In this document: in pieces, positions 1 to 8,365 of the stretch
Position numbering within the stretch: position 1 is the first letter of the stretch
How the letters are laid out: each line of letters opens with the position of its first letter
Sequence record: AB366653.2
Reading direction: 5' to 3' (one strand)
DNA length: 32,000 bases
DNA from: Ralstonia phage phiRSL1
Translations under genes and position numbers: made by a program
Notes under the pieces: generated by a model
What the model was told of the DNA's origin: nothing
The model's database searches: none
Seen by the model: only the letters and a program-made list of their open reading frames with translations

Positions 1-368
1 TCCACCATCTCGTACTCGTAGGTCACGGTCATGTGCAGTGGCTCACTTTCCGCGCCGAACAACGCGGTTTGTTGGGAGCCGCTCATGGCGGTGATCGTGC
101 GGTACGAGAGCCGGCTGAAAGTGAACGACACGATGGGCTTGAGCTCGGAACACAAGATGAGCTCAATGCTGGCACCCGGTTCCATAATGGAGGGCGGCGG
201 AAGCGGCGCTTCTTCCGTGGGCACAATCACCAGCGACAGTTTGGAGCCCTTGATGCTGTAGCTTGTGACTCGCGGGTCCACGACGCCGTTCACACGGACT
301 TGGAAGTCGCAGCTGAGAAGGGGCCGCCCCAAATCCGTCATCGCCGCCACATCATTCATCGTCGTCAT
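1..368 (-). CDS. hypothetical protein, 3' part cut by window edge (MTTMNDVAAMTDLGRPLLSCDFQVRVNGVVDPRV...)
   Basis: Minus-strand frame open from ATG at 366-368 to the window edge; missing from the ORF track because it has no stop. AGGTGA Shine-Dalgarno just upstream, overlapping the stop of the recombinase gene. Confidence 0.75.
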   Translation of the reverse strand, partial: MTTMNDVAAMTDLGRPLLSCDFQVRVNGVVDPRVTSYSIKGSKLSLVIVPTEEAPLPPPSIMEPGASIELILCSELKPIVSFTFSRLSYRTITAMSGSQQTALFGAESEPLHMTVTYEYEMV

Positions 369-374
369 CTTCTT

Positions 375-1820
375 TCACCTTGGAGTTCTTGAAGGCGTTG
401 TACAGCGTTCGCCCTTGCCGGTGGCGACTTGCTTGAAGCAGAAGGCACGCAGATCCATCGGCTTGTAGCCCAGTGCCTGACTGATCTTCGTCTTCTCTTC
501 CTTGGAACCGAGAACCCACTTCTTCAGCGTGCCCCAGTCGATCGACCGCTTGGCTGCACCCATGCCTTCGAGATCGAGGAACATGTTCTTGCGGTTCTTC
601 GCGGTGAGCTGGCCAGTGGACTGCAGATAGTGCATGGTGTCGAAGAACGGGTCGAAGCCGCGAGCCTTGCCCGAACTGTCCGAGACCCAGATGCGAACCC
701 ACATCTTGCGACCGGGGTTTGCCAGCTTGTTCTTCTTGTTGACGACCTGAACGTATCGGTAGCGATCCTTGCCACCGTCCGCCGACGGCTCGATTTCCAC
801 ACGCTCTTCGCCGTCGAACTTGGCGTTGAACGGCATACCGCTTGCACGCGAATTCCACCAGTTGCGCACGTCGCTGTTGAAGCGCAGCGCCTGACCGCAA
901 GCTTCCTTTTCCTTCGGGCCGTACATGGCCATCGGCACTTCGCGCAGCTGATTGACGCCGACCATTGCCACCATCTTCTGTGCGAGACGGCCCTTGACGC
1001 GAGGCAGATGCTTGGCGAAGAATCGAGCGTGGAGGCCCAAGCTGTTGTTGGCTTCTTCGTTGTCGTTGGCTTCCGGGTTCATGGCCGGATACGAATCGAC
1101 GAGGATCAGCGCTTGGAGGCTGCCGTCTTCAGTGGGCACCCACAGACCCTTGCCGTACTTGCGGGCCATGTTGGCGTCAGCCTGCTGGCTGTAAGCCGCC
1201 TTGTGCTTCTTGTTGCTCTCGTCGAAGACCAGCCACCACTTGTTGGCGACGAACTTCTTGTCCGGCATATCGCGCAGCATCTCGGCCAGCCAGTCGAAGA
1301 ACTTCTCGCCTCGCGTTTCAGCGATATAGCGAACGCGCGGAGGAGTCGTCCACTTGCCCGTTGCCGGGTCCTTGACGCCGAACAGTTCCTTCGGGCCTTG
1401 CTTCACACCCATCGTCTGCAGGATGTTGCCGACGTAGTCCAAGCTGTTGGCGGTCGACCCTTCATAGTCCCAGAAGGCGGTGGGGATGCCAGCCTTGACG
1501 GCTGCTGCCATTAGCGCGATGGCGCCCGTGGTCTTACCACCTTGCTCGAAACCGGCGCTCGTGTACATCGCAGGGCGAATGCCACCGCCCAAGATCAGAT
1601 CGTACGCCAGCAGACCGGTGGACAGGGGCTTCACGTTGTCCATCAGATCGGTGTCCACACCCTGACGCTTGCTGATCTCGTCCATGGTGTCGGTCATCAT
1701 GCTGAAGTAGTCGAATGTGGCCTTCGACATTTTCGGCGAATCCCCTGCGTCAGCGGCTGCGCGCTTTCCCTTCTTCGCGGCTGGAGCTTCTTTCTGCTTC
1801 ACTTGCTTCTTGGTTGCCAT
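375..1820 (-). CDS. RecA/UvsX-like recombinase
   Basis: 481 aa ORF; P-loop GFEQGGKTT within STGLLAYDLILGGGI...SAGFEQGGKTTGAIALMAAAVKAG, RecA-fold spacing, WDYEGS, KRVLVDSYPAMNP-like Walker B region. Next to an SSB-like gene. Confidence 0.8.
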   Translation of the reverse strand: MATKKQVKQKEAPAAKKGKRAAADAGDSPKMSKATFDYFSMMTDTMDEISKRQGVDTDLMDNVKPLSTGLLAYDLILGGGIRPAMYTSAGFEQGGKTTGAIALMAAAVKAGIPTAFWDYEGSTANSLDYVGNILQTMGVKQGPKELFGVKDPATGKWTTPPRVRYIAETRGEKFFDWLAEMLRDMPDKKFVANKWWLVFDESNKKHKAAYSQQADANMARKYGKGLWVPTEDGSLQALILVDSYPAMNPEANDNEEANNSLGLHARFFAKHLPRVKGRLAQKMVAMVGVNQLREVPMAMYGPKEKEACGQALRFNSDVRNWWNSRASGMPFNAKFDGEERVEIEPSADGGKDRYRYVQVVNKKNKLANPGRKMWVRIWVSDSSGKARGFDPFFDTMHYLQSTGQLTAKNRKNMFLDLEGMGAAKRSIDWGTLKKWVLGSKEEKTKISQALGYKPMDLRAFCFKQVATGKGERCTTPSRTPR

Positions 1821-1855
1821 GTGTTGTCCTGTGAAACTGTGTGCTGTATGAAGAC

Positions 1856-1888
1856 AAAAAGGCCCACCCAGTCGTTACCGGATGGGCC
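1856..1888 (-). terminator. rho-independent terminator after the SSB-like gene
   Basis: Minus strand GGCCCATCC-GGTAACGACT-GGGTGGGCC-TTTTT, 9 bp stem with one G-U pair. Confidence 0.8.
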
Positions 1889-1904
1889 GCAAAGGACGAA
1901 CTAC

Positions 1905-3377
1905 TTACTCGTCATCATCGCCGAAATCGTCATCATCGTCTTCGTCGGCCGGACGCTTCTTCGAAGACTTCTTGGCGGCGGGTTTGGACTTGCCCTTCTT
2001 GGCCTTGGGCGCCTCCTCTTCCTCGTCTTCATCTTCGTCATCGTCGTCGCCGAAGTCGTCATCGTCGTCTTCGTCAACCGGCTTCTTGCTGGTCTTCTTG
2101 GCGGGCTTGGTCGTCTTCTTGGCCGGTGCCTTGCGCTTGGCCTTGGGCTCGTCGTCTTCGTCCTCGTCCTCGTCTTCGTCGTCGGCATCATCGTCGCCGT
2201 CTTCGTCGTCTTCGTCGTCAGACCAAGGCGCAGACTTGCCGCCCTTCTTGGCGGGCTTGCCCTTGCCCTTCTTGGGCTCGTCGTCTTCGTCGTCGAAGTC
2301 GTCGTCATCTTCGTCGTCCGAATCCGAGTCCTCATCGTCCTCGTCATCATCTTCCGAATCGTCGTCTTCGTCCTCGTCGTCCTCGTCGGCCTTGCGCTTG
2401 GACTTGGCGGGAGCCTTCTTGCCCTTCTTGGCGGGCGGCTCATCGTCTTCGTCCTCGTCGTCGCCGTCATCGTCGTCGAAGTCTTCATCCTCGTCTTCGT
2501 CGCGAGCCGGTTTCTTGGCGGCCTTGCCCTTCTTGGACTTCGGAGCTTCGTCCTCGTCTTCTTCCTCGAAGTCCTCGTCGCTGCGCTTCTTGCCGCCCTT
2601 CAGCTTGATGCCGTTGCGCTTGGCCCACGAGGCGAAGTCGGCCTTCACTTCTTCTTCGGTCTGCTCGCTGGCCAGTTCCGACAGATCCCACTTGAGGTAC
2701 GCCAGCTCTTCTTCAGTGAGCGGGGTTTGGCCGTTGGGACCCGGCTGGATGGTGTACTGGTTGGCGGGGGACTCGTCCGGATCGTGCATGATGCGGATGT
2801 CCATGCCGAACTTCGGGTGGCTGAGGCTGTACGACTTGGTGCCGCCCTTGCCGTCGACCGTGTTCAGGCCCTTCATCTTCTGGATCTTGGCCACCACACC
2901 TGCGGGCAGGCGCAGCGCCACGACCGGCGTCCACGTGTCGCTGTCCTTGTCCTTGTAGCCCGTCTTGCGTTCGCTGCTGGTGGGCTTGGACTTGCGTGCC
3001 GGCTCCTTCTTCTGCTCGCTGCGCATGATGGCGTTGATGTAGAAGTGAGTGGCCACTTGGATGTTGCGATCCTTCTGGTCCACGCCGCGTTCGGCTTGGT
3101 ACAGATCACGCCACGGGTCGTACTTCGTGCTGTCGAACTCTTGAGTGTCCGGAGAATACGACGGGCTGTTGACCGAGAAGTTGGTCGTGCCTTTGCCGTC
3201 TTTCTTCTTGGTCTTGACCCAGTACGTGCAGTAGCTGAACGTCGGGCCAAACAGGCGAAGCGTGACCCACTTCTTGGCGGGCAGCTTCATGATGTTGACC
3301 TTGTCCGACGGGCGAATACGCTCCGCACGGTTGTTGGTCTTGACCGAATCGAAATCGGCGCCTTGTTGCTTTGCCAT
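1905..3377 (-). CDS. single-stranded DNA-binding-like protein with very long acidic/lysine repetitive C-terminal tail
   Basis: 490 aa ORF. N-terminal ~190 aa is a normal-complexity domain; the rest is blocks of D/E runs alternating with KKGK/PAKK, ending DDDDDFGDDDE. Position beside RecA/UvsX suggests an SSB role. Confidence 0.55.
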   Translation of the reverse strand: MAKQQGADFDSVKTNNRAERIRPSDKVNIMKLPAKKWVTLRLFGPTFSYCTYWVKTKKKDGKGTTNFSVNSPSYSPDTQEFDSTKYDPWRDLYQAERGVDQKDRNIQVATHFYINAIMRSEQKKEPARKSKPTSSERKTGYKDKDSDTWTPVVALRLPAGVVAKIQKMKGLNTVDGKGGTKSYSLSHPKFGMDIRIMHDPDESPANQYTIQPGPNGQTPLTEEELAYLKWDLSELASEQTEEEVKADFASWAKRNGIKLKGGKKRSDEDFEEEDEDEAPKSKKGKAAKKPARDEDEDEDFDDDDGDDEDEDDEPPAKKGKKAPAKSKRKADEDDEDEDDDSEDDDEDDEDSDSDDEDDDDFDDEDDEPKKGKGKPAKKGGKSAPWSDDEDDEDGDDDADDEDEDEDEDDEPKAKRKAPAKKTTKPAKKTSKKPVDEDDDDDFGDDDDEDEDEEEEAPKAKKGKSKPAAKKSSKKRPADEDDDDDFGDDDE

Positions 3378-3444
3378 CGGTATAATCTCCGAGTTGGTTG
3401 ATTGACGATGATGGTTTGTTATAGGCCAACGGCCCGGGACCCAC

Positions 3445-3452
3445 TATTTACT
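3445..3452 (-). promoter_or_regulatory. late-promoter-like motif AGTAAATA
   Basis: Minus CCGCAGTAAATAGTGG, about 68 nt upstream of ATG 3377. Confidence 0.5.
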
Positions 3453-3873
3453 GCGGACTGCTTTCTTGAGACACGCGCTGCGCAAATGCCTGAGCGGCAC
3501 GCTCCTTGTGTACTTGCGCATCCACGTCATGGATGGTGGTCAACGCACGAGTCAACCCTTGGACCACCTTGACGACAGTAGCTCGCACCTGCGCGTCGTC
3601 GTAGCTGAGGGCAGTGGTGAGAAGCGTTACCGTGTTCTGGATGAGGTTCTGCTGGTGTACGCTGCGCTCGCTGCTACGTTGGTCCATCTGCTCGATAAGC
3701 AGTTGGCTGATTGCAGCCCACGGCGCGTCGTTCTGCAGCATGTTGAACATCTGCTCAGCCTGTCGTGCGCGCAGCGCGTAGTCCGACATCTGGCTTTGAA
3801 GACTGGCAACAGACATGCGAAGGCTTGCCAGTTCCATATCTGGTGCTTGAACCGCTACTGAGGATTGATCCAT
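3448..3873 (-). CDS. hypothetical protein (141 aa, coiled-coil-like)
   Basis: ORF in tandem with neighbours. Confidence 0.75.
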   Translation of the reverse strand: MDQSSVAVQAPDMELASLRMSVASLQSQMSDYALRARQAEQMFNMLQNDAPWAAISQLLIEQMDQRSSERSVHQQNLIQNTVTLLTTALSYDDAQVRATVVKVVQGLTRALTTIHDVDAQVHKERAAQAFAQRVSQESSPQ

Positions 3874-3874
3874 G

Positions 3875-4849
3875 TCAGTGATTCCAGGTGAAGCGCTTCA
3901 GCGTTTTGATTTGGTCATTAGTGACGAACTCGGGAATACCCAAGGTCGCACGCAGATACCCATGGACGTCTACCTGACGAGAGATGTACGCCACGTGTTG
4001 AATGAGTTCGCCTTCAAGGTTGGGCATGACGGTGCCCAACACATCGTCGATCGAGTCGCCATACTGTTCGTGCAGTGCCTCGATCGACGGATCCATCTGC
4101 GTACGCGCCAGCGCCGCCACTTCAGCACGCGCCGACTTGAACCAACTGAGGATGAAAGTGGTGAGCACGCCCTGTCGCGCATTGCAGCGATCGATGGCCT
4201 TAGACACGGTCATAAGATAGATCTGCACCACGTCGTCCAATCGCACGCTGTGCTTGATGTCGCGATACATGAGTCGTGCATGATTCAGCGCCAGTCGCGT
4301 GTACTTCTGGATGATCAGCTCTTTGAACCAACAAGCCTTATCAGTCCAGTGGCGGACTTGCTGAATGACCGCGTACAGGCTGGCGCCGGTACGCAACCCA
4401 AGCTGACGCTCAATCTGGTAGATACGAGACTGGCGAACGATTGGGTCCATGTCCGAGATTTTGTGCAGCGATTCGTATTCTTGTACCTGACTGAGAAACA
4501 GGGAGAGGAATCCGAACAGCAGGCCGCGATTAAGCGACATTGCACGTGCGTGCGTGTTGGCACGCTTTGGGACGGGGTCGGTCACGAGATTGAAGAGGTG
4601 CACAGGCAGTCGCTGCCGGTCATCCGAGGTGAATTTTGTGCTGGCCTTCAGCGTCTGCGCACCGACTACTTGCGCCACATAGTTGTGGAACAGGTGCGGC
4701 AGCTCCGCATGAATAGGATCCAGCGCAGACCACAGGAACAGGTCAAGGGTCTGGAGATACTGCAGACTGGTCAGATTGTCGACGATCTTCTCTTCGGTGG
4801 CCTTCAATTTCTCGAAAGCAACAGAATGTGTGTAACCGGAGGCTGCCAT
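3875..4849 (-). CDS. putative sigma-factor-like protein (sigma region 2-like)
   Basis: 324 aa ORF with YTRLALNHARLMYRDIKHSVRLDDVVQIYLMTVSKAIDRCNARQGVLTTFILSWFKSARAEV, which follows the sigma region 2 pattern (helix, then DLxQxxxxxxxxAxxxxxxxxG.xFxTxxxxWxxxx). Confidence 0.6.
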   Translation of the reverse strand: MAASGYTHSVAFEKLKATEEKIVDNLTSLQYLQTLDLFLWSALDPIHAELPHLFHNYVAQVVGAQTLKASTKFTSDDRQRLPVHLFNLVTDPVPKRANTHARAMSLNRGLLFGFLSLFLSQVQEYESLHKISDMDPIVRQSRIYQIERQLGLRTGASLYAVIQQVRHWTDKACWFKELIIQKYTRLALNHARLMYRDIKHSVRLDDVVQIYLMTVSKAIDRCNARQGVLTTFILSWFKSARAEVAALARTQMDPSIEALHEQYGDSIDDVLGTVMPNLEGELIQHVAYISRQVDVHGYLRATLGIPEFVTNDQIKTLKRFTWNH

Positions 4850-4899
4850 GATGAGTTGGGTAGGTTGGGATCGTCGCCAATCCGCGTTGCTCAGTGTTG

Positions 4900-5202
4900 C
4901 TAGTCTTCTGCGTACTGCTGGCCGGTGTTCTCCGGCTTAAGAATGACAGGAGGTCCTTCCGTGGTCACGGACCGGGCTTCTGCCACTCGCTGTGCCTTGC
5001 GGAACAGAGCGAGAGGCGACAACTCCATCATGGTGAGAGACGTCACGATGAAGTTGTGAAGCTTGTCCAACTGCTCTTCGTCTATGGAGCCTGTACGCAG
5101 TGCGTGTAGTGCCCCGAGGGCACCTTTCTTGTAGGCGTCGACCACAGCCTTCTGCTCGGCCATTTGGTCGACCACCTGGACACGGCGTGATTGCTTGCGC
5201 AT
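4900..5202 (-). CDS. hypothetical protein (100 aa)
   Basis: ORF in minus-strand array; stop/start spacing consistent. Confidence 0.7.
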   Translation of the reverse strand: MRKQSRRVQVVDQMAEQKAVVDAYKKGALGALHALRTGSIDEEQLDKLHNFIVTSLTMMELSPLALFRKAQRVAEARSVTTEGPPVILKPENTGQQYAED

Positions 5203-5204
5203 GA

Positions 5205-5636
5205 TTACTTCTTCTTCGGTGCCGGAAGCTTGGGCTTGATCTTGGTGTAGAGCGCGAGCACATGCTTACAGCACATTACCTTGAGTTGAGGATTGGTAGT
5301 CGTTGGCAGATCGCCGTTCGAGTACTCGATTTCAGCCGCTCCCTTGGACGTCAACGCTACTTCCCAGCGATAGAGCATGTCGGCGCAAGAACAGCTGACA
5401 TGCACGTGAAGCTGCTGGTCGAGGAACGTGATGACTGTGACGTACTTGTGTGGATTGGGATTGACATGCGGACGCCCGTCCTGCCCAACGATGTGCGTGC
5501 TGTAGCTGGCGCCCGCAATGAATCCGCGTCCGAGACTATCGAACCCCTTCTTCAGGTCGATGAAACGGACGTAGCGACTTCCTTCCACACGAAGACGATT
5601 GGTCTTCTTTACGATTTGATGAATGGTCAATGGCAT
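5205..5636 (-). CDS. SWIM-type zinc finger motif protein
   Basis: 143 aa; CxC...CxH signature SCSCADMLYRWEV...LKVMCCKHVLALY. Confidence 0.6.
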   Translation of the reverse strand: MPLTIHQIVKKTNRLRVEGSRYVRFIDLKKGFDSLGRGFIAGASYSTHIVGQDGRPHVNPNPHKYVTVITFLDQQLHVHVSCSCADMLYRWEVALTSKGAAEIEYSNGDLPTTTNPQLKVMCCKHVLALYTKIKPKLPAPKKK

Positions 5637-5660
5637 AGAGCACCTCCTGCCATGTCAAAT

Positions 5661-5828
5661 TCACCACATGAAGCTAGGCGAGAACTGTGGGAACGCACGC
5701 TGCGCAATGCGCCGCATGCGACGAGCGACCCGCCGCTGTTCCGGAGTCATAATCATATCGCGGAATTGCCATCGATGCGAGTGCACGCAGTTGGCTGCCC
5801 GGATTCGGCGATGCCGACGTTGTTTCAT
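5661..5828 (-). CDS. small basic protein (55 aa)
   Basis: ATGA overlap with upstream small membrane protein gene; MKQRRHRRIRAANCVHSHRW.... Confidence 0.45.
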   Translation of the reverse strand: MKQRRHRRIRAANCVHSHRWQFRDMIMTPEQRRVARRMRRIAQRAFPQFSPSFMW

Positions 5829-5941
5829 AGCGACTCCCACCAATAGGCAACGAAGTAGATTTCGGTGCCCAAGCCGATTAAGAGGGTGACGACAAGCATC
5901 ACCAACACCGTCCAGCTTTTGATTTGATCAGTCAGGCTCAT
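5825..5941 (-). CDS. small single-pass membrane protein (38 aa)
   Basis: MSLTDQIKSWTVLVMLVVTLLIGLGTEIYFVAYWWESL; fills gap between flanking genes; below the ORF-track cutoff. Confidence 0.45.
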   Translation of the reverse strand: MSLTDQIKSWTVLVMLVVTLLIGLGTEIYFVAYWWESL

Positions 5942-5943
5942 GG

Positions 5944-6474
5944 CTAATGTGCGTTGGGGTTATGCTGCGTGTGGTACGCAACGATTCCATTGGACCGCCA
6001 CATCTCGACGACATCCAAGGTGTCGTCAAACGCCATGAAGATTTGCTTCGGGTCTAGCCCCAGCCGCATAACGCGATCCCACTTGTATTCGCGGTCAGGC
6101 ACACGATTGGGCTCTATGTAGTCCTTCGTGCGCATCAGCAACTGATGGTCGTGGATGTCGGCGCCCACCCACTGACGCAACTGGTCCAGCGTTTGCTGAC
6201 GATATCGCTTGTCGTCACGGCGCGACGTGATGAACAGCAGGTGGAACTGCGGATCGAAGTAGAAGGCACGGTACACGAAGACGCCCTGCGGAATGGGCAG
6301 GTCTTCGTGCACCCGGCTGAAGTACTTATCGTACTCGCCGCTGAAGTAATACTTGGCACGGCTGCTCGAGTCAACGAGGCAGCCGTCGATGTCGCAGATC
6401 ACATACTTCTTGTCACTGAACACCGGAATCTCCAGTTGATCAGCGAACTCGATGCTTGAGGTAAGGAAAGACAT
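5944..6474 (-). CDS. HAD-superfamily phosphatase (polynucleotide kinase 3'-phosphatase-like)
   Basis: 176 aa; motif I VICDIDGCLVD, motif II LLFITSRRDD, late IFMAFDDTLDVVEMWRSNGI. Confidence 0.75.
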   Translation of the reverse strand: MSFLTSSIEFADQLEIPVFSDKKYVICDIDGCLVDSSSRAKYYFSGEYDKYFSRVHEDLPIPQGVFVYRAFYFDPQFHLLFITSRRDDKRYRQQTLDQLRQWVGADIHDHQLLMRTKDYIEPNRVPDREYKWDRVMRLGLDPKQIFMAFDDTLDVVEMWRSNGIVAYHTQHNPNAH

Positions 6475-6501
6475 GCGGAACCTCTTAGGGTAGTTGTTGA
6501 A

Positions 6502-7200
6502 TCAGTCTTGGCCCATGCCCATTTGCACGGCCTTCATGCGCAGCTCCAGGAGCTTGGCGATCTCTGCGCGCTTGGCCGCACGCTTTTCCAGCAGCAAGGC
6601 GAAGTAGAAGATGGCGTCGCGCAGCGTTTCGTCCAGGCTCTCTGTGGAGTCCGGGTCTTCGTCCACGTTGAACACGTCGTACTTGCGCAGCTCGCACTGA
6701 GCTTCGAGCCGGTCGATCTTGCGCCAGATGGTGAAGAACGCGCCCGGTCCCAGACGGCGGCACCAGCTTGCGCCATACTCGCTGTCCTTCTTGATGCCAA
6801 CGGCCACCAACTGATCAAAGATTTCGCGGATGGACTCGAAGTTCGTGTGCGGGATATCGCGGTCGTTGAAGTTGAGCGACGCGATAGCCACACGACGAGA
6901 TTCGTCCTTCACCATGGCAAGCACTTCGGACGCAGGCATGATGTAGGGCTTGTCGGACGGCGCTTCCATCTTTCCGAGGACTTCACGCGCCGACGGGCTG
7001 GCCGCATTCAGCTCTTTGATCGTAGGCTGCGGATTGATGTTGAACGTGCCGTGCGCGCAATCGGCGGTGGGCGTCTTGGTGACCGGGTTGTCCGTCCAAC
7101 CGGGCGTGTACGGGGTGGTGTCTTTCTTGTCCATAAGCGTTGGGCTCGTCTCGTTGGGTTTGTGGCCGTTGGGCGTTAGGAAGTACGCGTCGTGGTCCAT
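6502..7200 (-). CDS. Nmad1-like (nucleotide modification associated domain 1) protein
   Basis: 232 aa; KKDSEYGASWCRRLGPGAFFTIWRKIDRLE ... ESLDETLRDAIFYFALLL, resembling the Nmad1/DUF1599 family pattern; adjacent to TS-family gene. Confidence 0.45.
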   Translation of the reverse strand: MDHDAYFLTPNGHKPNETSPTLMDKKDTTPYTPGWTDNPVTKTPTADCAHGTFNINPQPTIKELNAASPSAREVLGKMEAPSDKPYIMPASEVLAMVKDESRRVAIASLNFNDRDIPHTNFESIREIFDQLVAVGIKKDSEYGASWCRRLGPGAFFTIWRKIDRLEAQCELRKYDVFNVDEDPDSTESLDETLRDAIFYFALLLEKRAAKRAEIAKLLELRMKAVQMGMGQD

Positions 7201-7203
7201 GGC

Positions 7204-8322
7204 TTAGAGAACTTGCGGAGGAACCGGCAGCTTGGCCTTCTCCGCCAGCTTTGCAGCACGACGATACAGCCAGTTCTTGCCAGCGAACAGCCAGTCGTTG
7301 CTGGTGTCGATCTCGTGGATGAACTCGTTGTCTTCGGTAGTCAGCACTTCCAGCGCTTCGTCGATCTTGCCTTCCTTGTACAGGTTGTAGGCATGGGCCA
7401 TGGGCGCAGCCACATAGCGGATGAACGGCACCTGATAGTGCTCCAGCGCCACTTGGCGATAGTTGTCCACCAGATGCGCGACTTCTTCGTCGAAGAGCGG
7501 ATCGTCCGACCCCATTTCCATCGGCGCTGCATTGCGCGACGCATACACGTCCGGTCCCTTGCGCAGCACAGGTTGCACACCATACGTGGTGTCCACGATG
7601 AAGCGCTTGGTGATGTCGAACTCCAGATACACGTGCAGATTGTTCGACACTTGGTAGTAGTGGCCGAGTGGCAGGCCACATTTCTCGGCGACGTATTCGT
7701 GCAGCATCGAGAAGTGCACGACGTTGGCGCCGTAGCAGCCCCAGATCATGTCGTTGCTGCGGTTGGTGACCGTCATGTTGAGCTTGCCCAACTGCGCGTC
7801 GAACATCACGCTCGTGTTGCACGGCAGGTCCTTCGACCCTTGGTTCAGCAGGTCGGATTCGCGCCGCACTGCCCACGAGTCCTCGCGGCTATAGAATTCT
7901 CGGCTAGCGTCCCACATCTGCAGAACGCAGCGGCGGCTTGCCGGGTTCTTCTTCAGCTCGTCGATGATGGCGTTCAGCTGATCGTAGCCGAAGTGCTGGC
8001 GCCAGCGGAAGCCGTAGGCACCATTCAGCGTGCTGCCGTCATCGGTGTATTCCAGCATCTGCTTGGCGTAGTACGACGCGAACTCCACGTCGTTGCGCCC
8101 GGCCAGCATCCACAAGGCTTCCATCAGGTGCAGGAACGGATTGGCATCACGCACTGCGTCGAACGACACGCGCTGGCGCGGATGCGTGTACACCGAAGTG
8201 ACCGGCGTTGGGAAGCGAATGACCGGACCGTTGCGGCTGTCCGTCTTCAGGCCAACGGTGCAGATGGTTTCCAGACCCGAGTACAGGCCCTGATCGGGAT
8301 TGACGACGTGTAGGACTTTCAT
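7204..8322 (-). CDS. thymidylate synthase-family enzyme (possible dUMP/dCMP hydroxymethylase)
   Basis: 372 aa from ATG at 8320-8322; DLPCNTSVMF (catalytic Cys), TVTNRSNDMIWGCYGANVVHFSMLHEYVA, YYQVSNNLHVYL. Confidence 0.8.
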   Translation of the reverse strand: MKVLHVVNPDQGLYSGLETICTVGLKTDSRNGPVIRFPTPVTSVYTHPRQRVSFDAVRDANPFLHLMEALWMLAGRNDVEFASYYAKQMLEYTDDGSTLNGAYGFRWRQHFGYDQLNAIIDELKKNPASRRCVLQMWDASREFYSREDSWAVRRESDLLNQGSKDLPCNTSVMFDAQLGKLNMTVTNRSNDMIWGCYGANVVHFSMLHEYVAEKCGLPLGHYYQVSNNLHVYLEFDITKRFIVDTTYGVQPVLRKGPDVYASRNAAPMEMGSDDPLFDEEVAHLVDNYRQVALEHYQVPFIRYVAAPMAHAYNLYKEGKIDEALEVLTTEDNEFIHEIDTSNDWLFAGKNWLYRRAAKLAEKAKLPVPPQVL

Positions 8323-8357
8323 GGTTTGGGTTGTTTGGTTGCGTTGTACACTAGGCT

Positions 8358-8365
8358 TATTTACT
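8358..8365 (-). promoter_or_regulatory. late-promoter-like motif AGTAAATA
   Basis: Minus GGCTAGTAAATAAGCC, 36 nt upstream of ATG 8322. Confidence 0.55.

Noticed and set aside
429-1514. 361 aa plus-strand ORF
   Set aside because: Antisense to the RecA/UvsX-like gene.
1901-2958. Dense direct repeats that could be read as a repeat array or CRISPR
   Set aside because: Repeats are codon-level D/E/K low complexity (gtcgtc/ttcttc) inside a CDS, with no conserved repeat-spacer structure.
1542-3401. 619 aa plus-strand ORF rich in V/L
   Set aside because: Antisense of the low-complexity D/E/K tail of the SSB-like gene and the recombinase start; repeat composition suppresses stops. No plausible protein features.
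6983-7876. 297 aa minus-strand alternative-frame ORF
   Set aside because: Same strand but different frame from the TS-family and Nmad1-like genes; Arg/Ser-rich shadow ORF typical of high GC.
7192-8313. 373 aa plus-strand ORF
   Set aside because: Exactly antisense to the TS-family gene, which has clear family motifs.
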